From: Stegostoma tigrinum
Taxonomy: Eukaryota
Direction: 5' to 3'
DNA: 64,000 bases
Assembly: GCF_030684315.1 (NCBI RefSeq)
Contig: NC_081354.1
Location: 83,341,222 to 83,405,221 of the forward strand
Position 1 is the first letter of the stretch, and every line of letters begins with the position of its first letter. A model generated the notes under the pieces. The model ran no database searches. It had not been told where the DNA came from and saw only the letters and a list, made by a program, of their open reading frames with translations. Shown piece after piece: positions 1-13,576 of this stretch. Made by a program: the position numbers and the translations under genes.

Positions 1-1092
1 AAAACCACTGCACTTGTAAGAATTTTTAAAAAGAAAATTATTACCACCTGACAAATATAGACTGTAAAACTGTTAGATAAGTAAATTTTCCTTTTTATTT
101 TCACACTTGGTGACACTTGATGAGTTTTATCACTTCAGATACATTTTCCATATGATTAGATTAAATTCCTCCACATAGTTTCCATGGATTACACCTCAAC
201 TTGCTGGGGCATGAAAAGAAAATAGGAGAAAAGAAGAAACAAATAATGGGCAACTTGACTGAATTATCTGCCCCAAGACTCTGGTAACCAGTTCTGGAAT
301 AATAATTGCTGTACCTAGAAACTAGGTACATTTCGGTCATCTTAGATGGAAAACAGGAGTTGTTTAGAAAAAAAAATGTATAAAATACATGGGCAAAGTT
401 TTTTCTACTACATTTTCATTCTAGTCATTTACAAATACGTTCATACACTAACATTGACATTTTAGAAGATTTTAAATTAAATTAAATTACAGAAACTGAT
501 TTTGAAAGCTTCAAGCCACTTGCACAAAATAAATCCTCTTAAAACAAACCATGTTTCTCATATTTTGCTGAAAATGTACAGGACAGACAAATCTTAATTT
601 GCATCAAGACAGCTTTACTAACACATATAAACGAAATGACAGGATGAATTAACTAGCACTTCTGGTATTGTGAATAACAATAACTTTTGACTTTGAAACA
701 AATATTGGAGTATTGAGTCTCAAGAGAGAAAAAAAAATGCCGATTCCAGGGTCTCCCTGGAAAAGAAAAAGAACAAATAATGAGATGCAGGCGACGAGGT
801 AGTGGAATAAAATATTATAGTCAGTATCTGTGATTGTCCTGTTCATTGAAGGTTTCTGGTAATGCCTTTCTTTAAAAAAAATTGATCATAAATTGTTCAT
901 ATTCCTCTTGTGGTGTGACAATCTTGAAAATATGAATGTCTGGTGTTACCTTCAATTATGCTTTAGTTGCACGCAAGATAAAATGTCAATGCAATTCCAG
1001 AGGATTCCACTGAACTGAGTATATTACTCAAAATAATTTGTTGCCTAAGATCAAAATCATCCACCAGATAACAAGTAGGAATTCTTTTCATG

Positions 1093-1278
1093 GAGAAAAA
1101 AAAGGGAGTGAACACTTTGGGTCTGGTGGCCCTTCCTCAGAACAGGAAGGGTCACTGGACCTGAAACATTAACTTCTAATTTTTCTTCACAGGTACTGCC
1201 AGACCTGCTGAGCTTTTCCAGCAACTTCTGTTTATGTTCCTGATTTACAGCAACCGCAGTTTTTTTCAGTTTTTATTT
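1093..1278. mobile_element. Palindromic mini-PLE, family B (older)
   Basis: TSD GGAATTCTTTTCATG at 1078-1092 and 1279-1293; inverted arms centred near 1140 with decayed hammerhead core. Confidence 0.75.
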
Positions 1279-1411
1279 GGAATTCTTTTCATGTTGTTCA
1301 TCCTTTTTGGAATTCTGTGATGTCAAAACTGGTGGGAGTGAGCTTGACCATTAATTTAAATCCACCTGTACATTTAAACAGATTTTAAATACATTTTGAC
1401 ATTAAGCAGAA

Positions 1412-1417
1412 TTTATT
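1412..1417 (-). promoter_or_regulatory. Candidate QDPR polyadenylation signal (AATAAA)
   Basis: tttatt on + strand about 365 nt past the QDPR stop; motif only. Confidence 0.3.
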
Positions 1418-1780
1418 ACAGTTAAGCACACATGAAATAGTTAAGCTATGAATTTCAAGCAAATAAGACATAAGGAGGTTTTGGGCAACGAAATTCTCAA
1501 AATAACCTGTGGATGCACTGTGCATTAAAAAGAGAGAAACTAAGTCATAGAATTTAAAAAGACAGGAAAAATAAGTGGTACAGGAAAGCCCAAATCATTA
1601 AATGGAAAAACTGGCAACTATATATAGGAGCCAGTAAACTATAACTTTACAATCAAATATTTGATTTTTCCATCATCTACCAAATTGAAATTTATCATTC
1701 AACTCGAACTAAACATGCTAATGGCACTTCTCAAAGAAATTTGCTTTCTCATCTGGTACTGTTACAATACTAATTCCACT

Positions 1781-1886
1781 TTAAAGTTGAGCAGGAATCA
1801 GTTCAGTTTTGCTCTCAGTTGTAATAAGCTGTATAAGGCTTCCTGAAGTGGGCCTGGTTTCTTTAAAGGTCCAATTAAATAAGGTT
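1781..1886 (-). CDS. QDPR: QDPR exon 7, terminal (TLFNWTFKETRPTSGSLIQLITTESKTELIPAQL*)
   Basis: ttttccag| acceptor, 106 nt to TAA; total CDS 717 nt = 238 aa. Confidence 0.93.
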
Positions 1887-3539
1887 CTGGAAAAGATAAA
1901 TAGAACTCCATGTTACACAAAAATCTATGTTGTACAGAACAGAATAGTCTTCTAAAACTTTAAAAAAGGGTGATTTGCAGACTTGCCAAAACTTTGAAAT
2001 TATTTTTCTTAAGTTTTCAAACAATGTGAATGCACTATACCTTCAACTATTCTCCTGAAATTACCAAATTTCTGAGTAAGGCAATGAGAACAATCTCAAA
2101 ATTGCAATAAGTACGGATTCAGTCAAACAGGCATATGAGGTTGAGCTGAGGGTGACTCTGCACTGAATCCATAACTCAGGAGAGCTGACAGCCCTTCAAC
2201 TTTGGGCCAATAATCTTAATGATCTGCTTGGCCCAAAGAATGTATTGTGTTGGATTATTGTGACTTGTCAACATGACTGTGGAATGTTTCATTTGGAGAA
2301 AAATTGGAAGAAAACATCCTAGAATCAGAATTGACAGCATTTGTTATCCAAGACAACATTACACTGAACTAGAAGCATTCAATGTGCCATTCAAACTATT
2401 CTGTGCTTGAGAGATTTGAAGAAGTGGTCAAATGCAATAATTAAAAATAAAAAGACGATGCACAGGATGAATGATTGTAAAAAGTATTAGCACTTTTGGA
2501 ATTCTGATGATCTAACAAGAGAGGCATTTAAGTGTGGGTTGGTGTTGTATATTTTTCTTTTAAAATAAAAAGTTAGAAAGCCATTCTGGAACAGTAACAT
2601 GGTGCAATGTAATTAAAGGCTTAGGGGACCCCTCGGACAGTTAAGGAAGAAATTGTTTATACTTTTGGGTTTATAATGAGCATAGTAAATATATGAAACC
2701 ACTAGTTTGCTTTCAGTTCAGTTTATCAAGCACCAGAGTTTTACTTGCAAAGAATCCAGAGTTAAGTTCAGAAGCAAGGTTTTAGCCTCTGTCCCAGCAA
2801 GTTTTGATTTCGTTCAGTTCAGAATATATCAGTCATGGTAGCAGTGTTTCTTTCTTCTAGATTGTGAAGTCTGCAAGTCAAGATGACTTGGAGCAGAGAT
2901 TTTCAGCTTGTTAGAATTGAAAAAAATTCAGGACATCAGACTTGTGAAAGGTTCATGTCTTCATGTCATCAGACTCAGACAGAAATTGTAAAATTGTCCA
3001 ATAGTTCAAGAAAGAGAAACTGGAAAGAGTCAGTTAAGTTTCTGTCTGTCATATACAGTAGCGACTTGCATGTGAATGTGTAGGTAACTAAGTAAGTTTG
3101 CAAGCGACACAAGAATTGCTGATAGTGAGGAGGATGGTCTCTATGGGTTAGCTGGTAAATTGGGCACAGCAATGGCAGATAGAAGTTATTCCCGATTGGT
3201 GCAAAGTGATGCATTTTGGGGCATCTGATAAAGGAAGAGTTACATAATGATTGGTAGGTGCCTAGGGAGTACTGATGAACAAATGGGCCTTAGTGTACAA
3301 GGTATTGAAGGCATTTGCAGCCTCAAGTGAATGTTTTGGTGACTGTCCACCATCTTAACTAGCTAAACAAAAAAAAAACAACATGTGATTCATCAAGATA
3401 TCTGAATTGTGCTGTCCATTTGTTGGGATCGTAACAATATGAACATATGAACTAGGAGCAGGGTAGGTCATTTGGCGTCTCAAGCCCTTTATGCCATTTG
3501 TTTCTATTCTGTGTACCACTCCAACATAATAAACTTATT

Positions 3540-4245
3540 GTCTCCCCTGTCTACGTCAATGGTGCTAATGTGGATATGGTCAAGAATGTCAAGTTCCTAG
3601 GACTGTTGATTACCAACAATCTGTCATGGTCCACCCACATTGATGCAACAATCAAGAAAGTGCAACAGCATCTCTACTTCCTCAGGAAGGTGGAGCAATT
3701 AAGCTTGTCTGTGAAGACTCTCACCAATTTTTATGGTTGTAACACAGAAAGCATTCTATCCAGATGCATCACAGCTTGGTGTTGCAACTGCTCTTCGCTA
3801 AACCATAAGACACTACAGAGAGTTGTGAACACAACCCAATCCATCACAGTCTTCCATCTACTGACTCCATTTACACTACTAGCTGCCCCGGGAAGGCAGC
3901 CAACATAATCGAAGACCTCTCCCACCCCATTTAAAATCTTTTCTAAACTGTTCTGTCAGGCAGGACACACAAAAGCTTAACACAGGTGTAATGACAGATT
4001 CAAGAATAGCTTCTTCCCAGGTGCTATTAAACTTCTGAATGGACCTCTCAAATTTTAAATTTAATGTTGATCTTCCTCCTTGTGTGCTTTCTCTATGGGC
4101 GTAACATTGTATTCCTCGCTTTGTTCTGTTACCCTAATGTACTGTTGTTACCCAAGTGCATTCTGCATGGTACAATCTGCCTGTACAACATGCAAAACAA
4201 AAAAAAACCTTTTCACTGTACCTACAAACATATGGCAAAAATAAA
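3540..4245 (+). mobile_element. Rex1/Babar-clade LINE 3' fragment
   Basis: KFLG..I.NNLSWSTHI...KK.QQ.LYFLRK...FY....ESIL..CITAW; 3' tail CTTTTCACTGTAC...AATAAA. Confidence 0.8.
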
Positions 4246-4977
4246 GCAAATCAAACAAAAATCTTGTTTGGAGGTAAGCTGCATAGACCACAAATGCTGA
4301 ACTCACTGATCTCAGATTTGGCAACAGTAAGCCCTGCCGCTGTTCTAAACGCCCTGGGCTAAGGAACACACAAAAAAACAGCATCTGTCTTTGAAAACAA
4401 TTCTTGCAAACCCAGGTACAATATGTACCAGGTAAATATAAAGACCACCCTAGCTTTGATGCCTCCCGTCATCAACTATTCTACTGGTACTCACTGTCTA
4501 AATTCACACAAGAGGGATGATGTCCAAATTATTCTGGCACAGCAGAATTTAGATGGAATGTAATACATTGATTTAAAACAAAATTGAAGCTCAACAAAAC
4601 CGTACCAAAGTATTATATTAGATATAGTCTAAATAAATTAGTGACTCACTCTGCAGTAAGCATGAAAGGAAGAAAATCTCGAATGGGGTAAAAAATATAT
4701 TGTGCTTTCATTTGATTTTTCCACTTGGAGTAACTGACGCAAAAATATTAATTTCCGTCAGGCCATCCAGCATCTGTAAATGAATTACCAGGGAGAGGAA
4801 ATATCTCTCAGAAAAGGTCAGCTGTCCTTGATAACTGTGTGTTCAATGTGTGGCCCTGCTAAGCGTGATAAATCAACCTCTATCAGGAGTCTGGACATTG
4901 GACAGACAAATAAAAACCAGACAGTAACAGGCAGATATGAAATGATTACTGACAATTTGATCTAGCTGGGTACTCAC

Positions 4978-5061
4978 TCAGCAACAAATTCTAGTGGTGT
5001 CCAGGAGCTGAAATCTGCATTAGGCATTGATTTCCTGTTCATTAGTGTATCCAAGGTAACC
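4978..5061 (-). CDS. QDPR: QDPR exon 6 ([28 protein letters not shown])
   Basis: 84 nt, tacag| and |gtgagt; frame consistent with exons 5 and 7. Confidence 0.95.
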
Positions 5062-5825
5062 CTGTAAAATAAATTAAGTTATTTTGAAGTCCCGATGCCA
5101 GGTTGTCGATAAATTGATAATAAGAACAAACTCATTTGAGGCTTCCATTGACCCTTTCACAATTAAGAATTCATTTCTATTGTTCCTGCATTGCAATTAT
5201 AGTCTGACTTGTAAATGCTTTTATTTTAAGACTGCTTTATTTCCAATACTTGGGAAGCAGGATAAAAAGCAAGGTGTGATCAGTTTCTCTTAGAAGACGA
5301 CCTAGATATAACTGGTTGAAACGCTCATCGATCCTAAACAGATAGATTGCATTACTGCAATGACGATTTAGCAAGTGTGTTGTTGCAAAAATATCTTGCC
5401 TTTCACAACAAAGGTATTTCATAAATTGGTAAAATGAAGACAGAAGTAGAAAGAGGTTAGGTGATGTAGCTGAAGGCTATGACAACAGAATGAGTTTTGA
5501 GGGAATAATTTGAAATGTGAAATAAAACACAGAGGGGAAGACTTTAGAGAAGGAGTTGCAGAGACAGCTAAAGTGTGCCTGCCACCAGCAGTGGAGCAGA
5601 CAGTAGATGTATTTAATGTATTGGCTTTTACAATGTCAACGTGCCCCAAAATTACTTATCATCAATTATATACTTGGAAAGCACAGAATGTGCAGTAATG
5701 TAGGAAAGCACAAGGTCCAATTCGCCTACACCAAGTACCCTTAAACAATAAGACAATAATCAGATCATTTGCTTGTGATGTTTGTTAAGGAATAAACATT
5801 CTGTGGTGTTTCATTGTTTCAAACA

Positions 5826-6920
5826 GTAAGAGTCATACAGCATGGAAACAGACCCCTCAGTCCAACTCACCCACGCTGCCCAGAATCCCAATCTGGTCTC
5901 GTCTTATTTGCCAGCATTTGGCCCATATCCCTTTAAACCCTTCCTACTTGTTTACCATGCAGATAGCTTTTAAATGTTGTAATTGTACCCACCTTCACAA
6001 CTACCTCTGACAGTTCATTCCATATATGCACCACCCTCTGTGTAAAAAAGTTACCCCTCAGGTCCTATTTAAACCTCTCCCCTCTCACCTTAAACCTATG
6101 CCCTCTAGTTTGGACTTCCCCACCCTGGGGAAAAATCCTTGGATGGTCACCCTACCCATGCCCCTCGGGATTCTGTAAACCGCTATGAGGTCACCCCTCA
6201 GCCTCCGGTGCTCCTGACGGAAAAAGTCTCAGCCTATTCAGCCTCTCCCTATAACTCAAGCCCTCCACTCTCCGCAACATCTTTGTAAATCTTTTCTTAC
6301 ACCTTTAAGTTTAACAACATCTACCCTATAAAAAGAGCAACAAGAATTGTATCAAGTTCCTGTATAGCTGTAACAAACTTCCCAACTCCTATACACAATG
6401 ACGTGATCAACAAAGGCAAGGATACCAAATGCCTTCTTCACCACCCTGTCTACCTGCAACTCCACTTTCAAGGAACCTTGGGTGATACCCCCTTGGGTCC
6501 TACCATTAACTATATAAGGTCTGCTCTGGTTTGCCTTAGCAAAATGCAACACCTCACATTTATCCAAATTAACCCCATTTGCCACTTCTTAGCCTACTGG
6601 CCCATCTGATCAAAGTACTGTTGTACTCTGAGATAATCTTTTTCACTGTCTATTACACCACTATCTTGGTGTCATCTGCAAACTCAACAACTAAGCCTCC
6701 TATATTCGCATCCAAATAATTTATATAAAGTGATGAAAAGCAGTGGGCCCAGCACCAATCTTTAAGGCGCACTGCTGGTCATATGCCTCCAGTCTGAAAA
6801 GCAACCCTCTACACTCTCAGTCTCCTACCTTCAAGCCAATTTTGTATCTTGTTGGCTAGCTCCTCCGGATCCCATGTGACCTAACCTTACTAACCAATCT
6901 ACCATGTAGAACCTTGTCAA
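5826..6920 (-). mobile_element. CR1 (HER1-like) LINE 3' fragment
   Basis: DKCEVLHF and QVDRVVKKAFG motifs; CR1 3' UTR. Confidence 0.88.
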
Positions 6921-7639
6921 ATACTTGCACTATTTATCTTGTGATATTTAACTAGAACCTCCTCCCTGGTGAAGAATAGGTGTGAGGAACGTTTGGTTAA
7001 AGTGTGGAGTATTAACAAGGGTGTGAAAGAAGAGAGATGGAAAAGGCACAGCCAAAATTATAGAGCTTATAGCCTAGATGGTTGAAAGACAGCCACCAAT
7101 AGTGGGGCAAAGTGAATGAGGTGTATAAAAGAGGTCTGAGCTGGAGAAACACACAGATCTTGGAAAACTAGTGTTGGAAAAGGTTCCAGAGATAGTGAAA
7201 GGCAAGTCCAAAGAATTACTTCACTACCACTGCAAGCAACCAAGCAAACAGCAACTTGGATTTATGTAGCTATTTAGCACAGTTATATTGGCTCAAGGTG
7301 TTTTACAAGAACTGGCTTCAAGACAAGGGGCTTTGAGAATTTTAAATGTGTGGCAGAGGGTGACATTGCTTATTGATTTAATTTGTCAAACGGTGATGGG
7401 AGAGTGAGACACATGTGAAAATGTGCAGCTAGCGGATATTTAAAGAAGGATCCTCAGTGGGTCAAGAGGGGAAAAAATAAACAATAGCCTTGGGTCATGA
7501 GCATTTTGGCTTCTGTTCCTGAGAGTCAGAGACATTATGATTAAAGAGGCATTTTCTGATCACAAACAGATGATGAGAAAAAAATAAGCAATATTATATA
7601 TAGATATCTATGAGACAAAAGTAATTATCGAAAGTAATT

Positions 7640-7840
7640 GTGATAACAAGGTGTAGAGCTGGTTGAACACAGCAGGCCAAGCAGCATCAGAGGAGCCAGA
7701 AAGCTGATGTTTTGGGTCTGGACCCTTTTCTGAAGGGTCAGCTTTCCTGCTCCTCTCATACTGCTTGGCCTACTCTGTTTATCCAGCTTTACACCTTGTT
7801 ATCTCAGATTCCCCAGCATTGGCAGTTCCTACTATCTCTG
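7640..7840. mobile_element. Palindromic mini-PLE, family A
   Basis: TSD TCGAAAGTAATT at 7628-7639 and 7841-7852; inverted arms; tail on right. Confidence 0.85.
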
Positions 7841-8161
7841 TCGAAAGTAATTAACTGGTTTCAAACATTTTGGAAAATCCTAAGGGTAAAGCATAAATAA
7901 ACAAAATGTTTGTTCTATCATTTTTACACTCAAAACACAACCTTCTTAGAGAACTGTAAAATAATTAACATACTGAAAAGATGTGATTAAAAAAAAAACA
8001 CTAAAATATTTTGACTCTAACACTCTAAATATCAGCTTTTGATCTCTGTCACTTTACCCCAGATGCCATTATGAAAGTCACAAGTAATTATCTTTTCTAA
8101 TGGGGCACTGAACATTATCAAGTCTACTGTAGTGCAAGGTACCATAATTACAGACACTTAC

Positions 8162-8270
8162 GGCAAAATTGCAAGAGCTGAAGATCCGGGCGGCATTCCA
8201 CTCTTCTCTCCAGCAAGACTCTGGCAGAGCTGATGAACAGCCGCCTTTGCCATGCCATAGCCCACCATCC
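8162..8270 (-). CDS. QDPR: QDPR exon 5 ([37 protein letters not shown])
   Basis: 109 nt, tttag| and |gtaagt; SDR catalytic YxxxK motif (YGMAK). Confidence 0.96.
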
Positions 8271-9269
8271 CTAAAGAAAAACCAGAGAACTTAAAAACTA
8301 AACTTTACTGAGGTCAAATTCAATTCAAATAGAAGGGAAATATTTTTGTGAAACTTTAAAGAGCATCTCCATCCTCAAACAACTATTAGTGCATTTTTCT
8401 CAAACAGATTTTGTATGAAATAATCTTCTCATAAACTGGTAGAATGGTTTCACCGTGAACTGTATTCTAGAGTTGCACAATATATGGTGTGTTCACTTTG
8501 CTCTGTTTTCTGCTGAGGGCAATGACACAGTTTCAAACCTTCCAAGTCTACCATACTTTCATACCAGAGTTCCTTGACACTGACAGTTTTGATACTTTGC
8601 CCATGCATTGACTAAGCAGTAAACATCAGCTGCTTATTCAGCATCACAGGCAAATATCAAGCTGTCTTTACCAGACATCCACAATTTCTAGGAGTTGTAC
8701 TTGGATTTAAGTTATCTAAATCAGATGACTGGGGTTTTGCACACCAAATATCAAATTGAAATAGTATACAGGATGAAGGAAATATCAAAAACAGATTGTT
8801 ATAATCCTGCACAACGTTGAAGCCTTCCAAAATGAGACACATAAATGATGATCATTTACTCTTGCTCTGACAAGGTGGAGCCTTAGTTTGAGTTCAACAA
8901 TTTTAGACAAAGATCCCTGTTGTCCATTTTGATACATCGTCGCCCTGTTTTCACACTTTTGCTTTCAGTCAAAGTTGGCCTTCATTCTGCTATTAGCACC
9001 AATTGTGAACTTACAAGCATGATATGCCCTTTGCTCTCTTGTTCCCTGGCACCTTTGATCTCCAATCTGCCCTGCCCCCTAGCTTTTGCTTCGTTCCATT
9101 TTCATCTCCCCCATTTAAAAACAGCATAAATCACATTAAACTTCCATCCTGAAGAAGTCACACCGAAGAAATATTAACTACTTTTCTGTCTCCACAGATG
9201 CTGCCAGACATGCTGGCTTTCTCCAGCATATTCTGTTTTAATAAAGGCAGTGTCTGTTGACACTCAGTG

Positions 9270-11930
9270 TTGCTCACAAATGCATGTGTATGGTAATTCA
9301 GGGACAAGGAAGTGTACATGACTAGAAAAAGGGCACAACTCAACCTCCTTTTGGGAAATAAAGCAGGGCAAGTGACTGAAGTGCTAGTTGGGGGACACAT
9401 TGGGACTAGTGACCACAATTCTATTAGTTTTAAAATAGCTATGGAAAGGATAAGTCTGGTCCACAAGTTAAAGTTCTAAATTGGGGCAAGGCCAATTTTG
9501 ATGGTATTACACAGGAACTTTCAAAAGTTGATAAGGGAAGGTTGTTTGCAGGTAAAGACTTAGGAACATAAGAACTAGGAGCAGGAGTAGGCCGTTCAGT
9601 CCTTTGAGCCTGCTCCACCATTCAATAAGATCATGGCTGATCTTTTCGTGGACTCAGATCCACTTACCTGCACTCTCACCGTATCCCTTAATTCCTTTAT
9701 TGTTCAAAAAATTATCTACCTTAGCTTTAAAAACGTTTACTGAAGCAGAACAACTACTTCACTGGGCAAAGAATTCCATAGATTACCAACCCTCTGGGTG
9801 AAGAAGTTCCTTCTCACTTCAGTCCTAAATCTGCTCCTTCTAATCTTGAGGCTATGCCCTCTTGTCCTAGCTTCACCTGCCAGTGGAAACATCCTCTCTA
9901 CTTCTTTCTTATCTGTTCCCTTCATAAGTTTATGTTTCTATAAGATACCCCCTCAATCTTCTGAATTCCAATGAACATAATCCGAATCTACTCAGTCTCT
10001 CCTCATAAACCAACGCCCTCAACTCTGGAATCAACCTCGTGAACCTCCTCTGCACTCCCCTCCAATGCCAGTACATCCTTTCTCAAGTAAGGAGACCAAA
10101 ACTGTACACAGTACTCCAGGTGTGACCTCACCAGCACCTTGTACAGCTGCAACACTGCCTTTAAACTCAATCCCTTTAGCAATGAAGGGCAAAATTCCAC
10201 GTGCCTTCCTAATTACTTGTTGTACCTGCAGACCAACCTTCTATGATTCCTGCACAAGGACACCCAGGTCCCTCTGCACAGCAGCATGCTGCAAATGGGA
10301 AGCTTTCAAAAACAGACAACACGAGTTCAGAAACAGTATGTTCTTACCACAGTGAAGGACAAGGCTGGCACAAATAGGGAACATTGGACGACATAAGATA
10401 TTAAGGCGCTGATCAAGCGAAAGAGGAAGGCATACGTCAGCTGTAATCAAGGGAATCCCTTGAGGTGTATAGGGGGTCGAGGAGTACAAACAAGAGGGAA
10501 ATCAGGAGGGCAAAAAGGGGACAGAAGATCGCTTTGGTAGATAAGATAAAGGAGCATCTAGAGATTCTACAAGTATACTAAGGGCAAAGAAATAACTAGG
10601 GAGAATAGGGTCCCCTTAAAAATCAACAAGGTCATCTACTTGTGGAGCTACTGGAGATGGGCAAGAACTAAATGAATATTTCTTGTCAGCATTTACTGTG
10701 GAGAAAGACATGGAAGCTAGGGAACTTGGGAGAAATAAATAGTGAGGTCTTGAAGAGAGCCCACATTACAGAAGAGGTGATGCTGGAGGTATTAAAACAC
10801 AAAGGTAGAAAAATCCCCAGGACCTGATCAGTTGTATTTCAGGATACTTTGAGAAGCTAGGGAAAAATTGCAGGGTTCCTAGCAGAGATATTTGTATCTT
10901 CAACAGCCGTGGGTTAGGTGCCAGAAGGCTGCAGGGTGCCCAATGCTGTGCCATTATTTAAGAAAGGCTGCAAGGAAAAGCCAGGGAATTCAGTCCGATA
11001 AGCCTACCGTTAGTGGTGGGCAAGTTGTTAGAGGGGATTCCGAGAGACAAGATCTACATACAATTGGAAAGGCAAGGACTGATTTGGGACAATCAGCATA
11101 GCTTTGTGCGTGGGAAATACTGTCTCACAAATTTGAGAGTTTTGTTGAAGAGGAGATCAAGAAGGTCAATAAAGGCAGGATGGTAGATGTTGGCAGGTGG
11201 AGTTTAATTCAGATAAATGTGAGGTGTTGCATTTTTGTAAAACAAATTGTTAATGGTAGGGCCCTGGGAATCTTGTCAAAATGAGAGACCTAGAGGTACA
11301 GGTCCAGAGTTTCTCAAAAGTGGCAGTACAGGGAGACAAGGTGGTGAAGGCAGCATTTACACACTTACTGTCAATTGATCAGAGCATTAAATACTGGAGT
11401 TAGGACATTGTATTAAAGCCACACGGAGCACTGCTTATAATTCTGGTTGCCCTGCTAAAGGAAGGATGTTAGTAAACTTGAAAGGGTGCAAAAATGATTT
11501 ACAAGGATGTTACTGAGACTGGAAGGTCTGACTTATACGGAGAGGCTGGACCTTTTTTTCTGAAGCATAGGAAGCTGAGGAGTGACCTTCCAGAGGTTTG
11601 TAAAATGATGTGACGTTAGGTATGCTGAATAGCCAAGGTCTTTCCCAAGGTAGGGGAGTCTAAAACTAGAGGGCATAGGTTTAAGACGAGAGGGGACACT
11701 TTCACACAGAGGGTGGTGCATCTATGAAATGAGCTGCCAGAAGAGGTGGTAGGAGGTGGGTACAGTTATGACATTTAAAAGACATTTGGATAGGTTTATG
11801 GATCATGGATAGAAAAGGTTGAGAGATATATTGGTCAAATGCAGGCACATGAGACTCGTTCAGTTAAGTAAACCTGGTGAGCATGAAAGGTTGGGCCAAA
11901 GAACCTATTTCTGTGCTGTATGCCTCTGAC
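9270..11930 (+). mobile_element. CR1 LINE fragment (EN end to 3' UTR) interrupted by a nested CR1
   Basis: SDHNSISF endonuclease end, QHSF RT motif, CR1 tail; degraded. Confidence 0.85.
9563..10292 (-). mobile_element. CR1 LINE 3' fragment nested in opposite orientation
   Basis: HLEYCVQFWSP, TRGHSLK, RNFFTQRV. Confidence 0.9.
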
Positions 11931-12684
11931 TTTGAGAAATTCTGAAAGATTTACATAAAAATTTCAATGACATCGTACGCAAAGGAATTTGTGTGCGTGT
12001 GTGGCAAAGTGAAGATGGGGCATTGAAATGGAGTTCAGCAGGGGTGTGACAGAGAGCGAGGACATCAGATTAGGAATGGGTGGAGTCACGATGGGAAGCC
12101 CCTCACTCTTCCATCTTTGCCCTCCCTCCCCAATCACAGCTGAGGTGACTTTAAAGCCAAACCTATTTAAATGAACATCTGTAAATTTAAGCGGTACACA
12201 GTGCACGCGGTGTCAATGGACACGTTATTTTGTTTATTTTTCAGGTTTCTTTCCCAAATCAAAAAAGAAAAAAAGGAAGAAAAGGTTGAAGGAAAGATTA
12301 TTTTAAAAAATTGAGAGATCTAGAGATGAAACTGTATTATGCATCAGAGGTGGATCATGGTGCCCCTGATGACATGAGTATCACCATTCACAGAGTAGAG
12401 TAAAGCAGAACATCAATCATCACATTTTTAAATTTAAATTAAAATTGTGGTACATTTTAACCCAGGAGGAAAAAAAAACAGAAAAAAATTGGCAAACAAG
12501 ACATATTGGTCTAACTCATCTTGTATACTTCAAAATTGATGTCCAGTAAATTTATTTCCCACAATTATTATTTTTACCTCTCTGGGAATAAAACAAATGA
12601 GAGATCGGTTTTGAAACCAAGATAAATGCAACGTGTTTTGTAATATTTCTTGTGAATGGAAATTACTATTGTTTTGATCCCAAT

Positions 12685-13576
12685 TGATATTACTGGACAA
12701 GCCAGGCCCTAGACTGAAAATTGGCTTGATGGATCATATTGTGTTTTGGTTTTAACAAGGTAGTGTCTCACTCAAACGCATGTACATAATCTTATGGATT
12801 TTGTGTTAAAAATAAAACAAGTCTGTTAGACAACAGAAATGAAGATAACTAGGAAGAACCAAACTATTTATGTATAACACTAATGCAAATATTTTTAAAC
12901 ACACATTAGAAGAGTAATCCCATTAAAACCAAAATCATTCCTTAGCCATTCCACGAAAACTTCTAAATTCCTTGCGTAGTACCCAAAAGCTATCATTGTA
13001 CAGTTCTCACACCAGAATCCCTAAATTTTCCTTTAACACTTCAAAATGACTTAAACCCTTAGATTAGAACTTCTGACAGCTTGCTTACGGGTAGCTTTCA
13101 TACACCAGAGTAATCTCTTTAGGGTTTTATTCTAACATTTTTGGTTCAGGACTATCACTGACTCTTCAAAAGGAAAATTTGTTTTTACTACATTCTCCCA
13201 TTCTCAGCTCCCATTGCTCTGCACGTCCAGCTCCTTGGAGGGACTTCACAGAACTTCCCAAAACAATGTATAACTGAAACAGAAGTCTCTTTCCACACTA
13301 TGTATACTTAAGCCTTTAGCTTCAAATAAACTTGTAGTCCAGAAATGTCTCAGAAGTCTTGAGGAACACTTATCTACCTTGCTAAATTGTAAAATCCTAA
13401 AATAAACTAGACCCCTTATCGCTGTTAAAGTGGCTATCACAAAATTATTTTAAAAGAAATCACTATTCCTACCCTAAGTTAATTAATGACTTCAGACGCA
13501 CAGGAAATACAAATGCTACTAACACAAAATCCAAAACTTAAAAAATAATTGCTATTAAATATACATACATATCACA
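12685..13576. repeat. Possible solo LTR in QDPR intron 4
   Basis: About 890-bp block bounded by TG...CA with imperfect terminal inverted match; flanks CAAT/CAGT; no second copy here to confirm. Confidence 0.3.

Noticed and set aside
649-846. Minus-strand ORF with acceptor-like tttccag followed by GDPGIG (collagen-like)
   Set aside because: Only two Gly-X-Y triplets, no suitable donor, and it lies in or just past the QDPR 3' UTR; likely chance.
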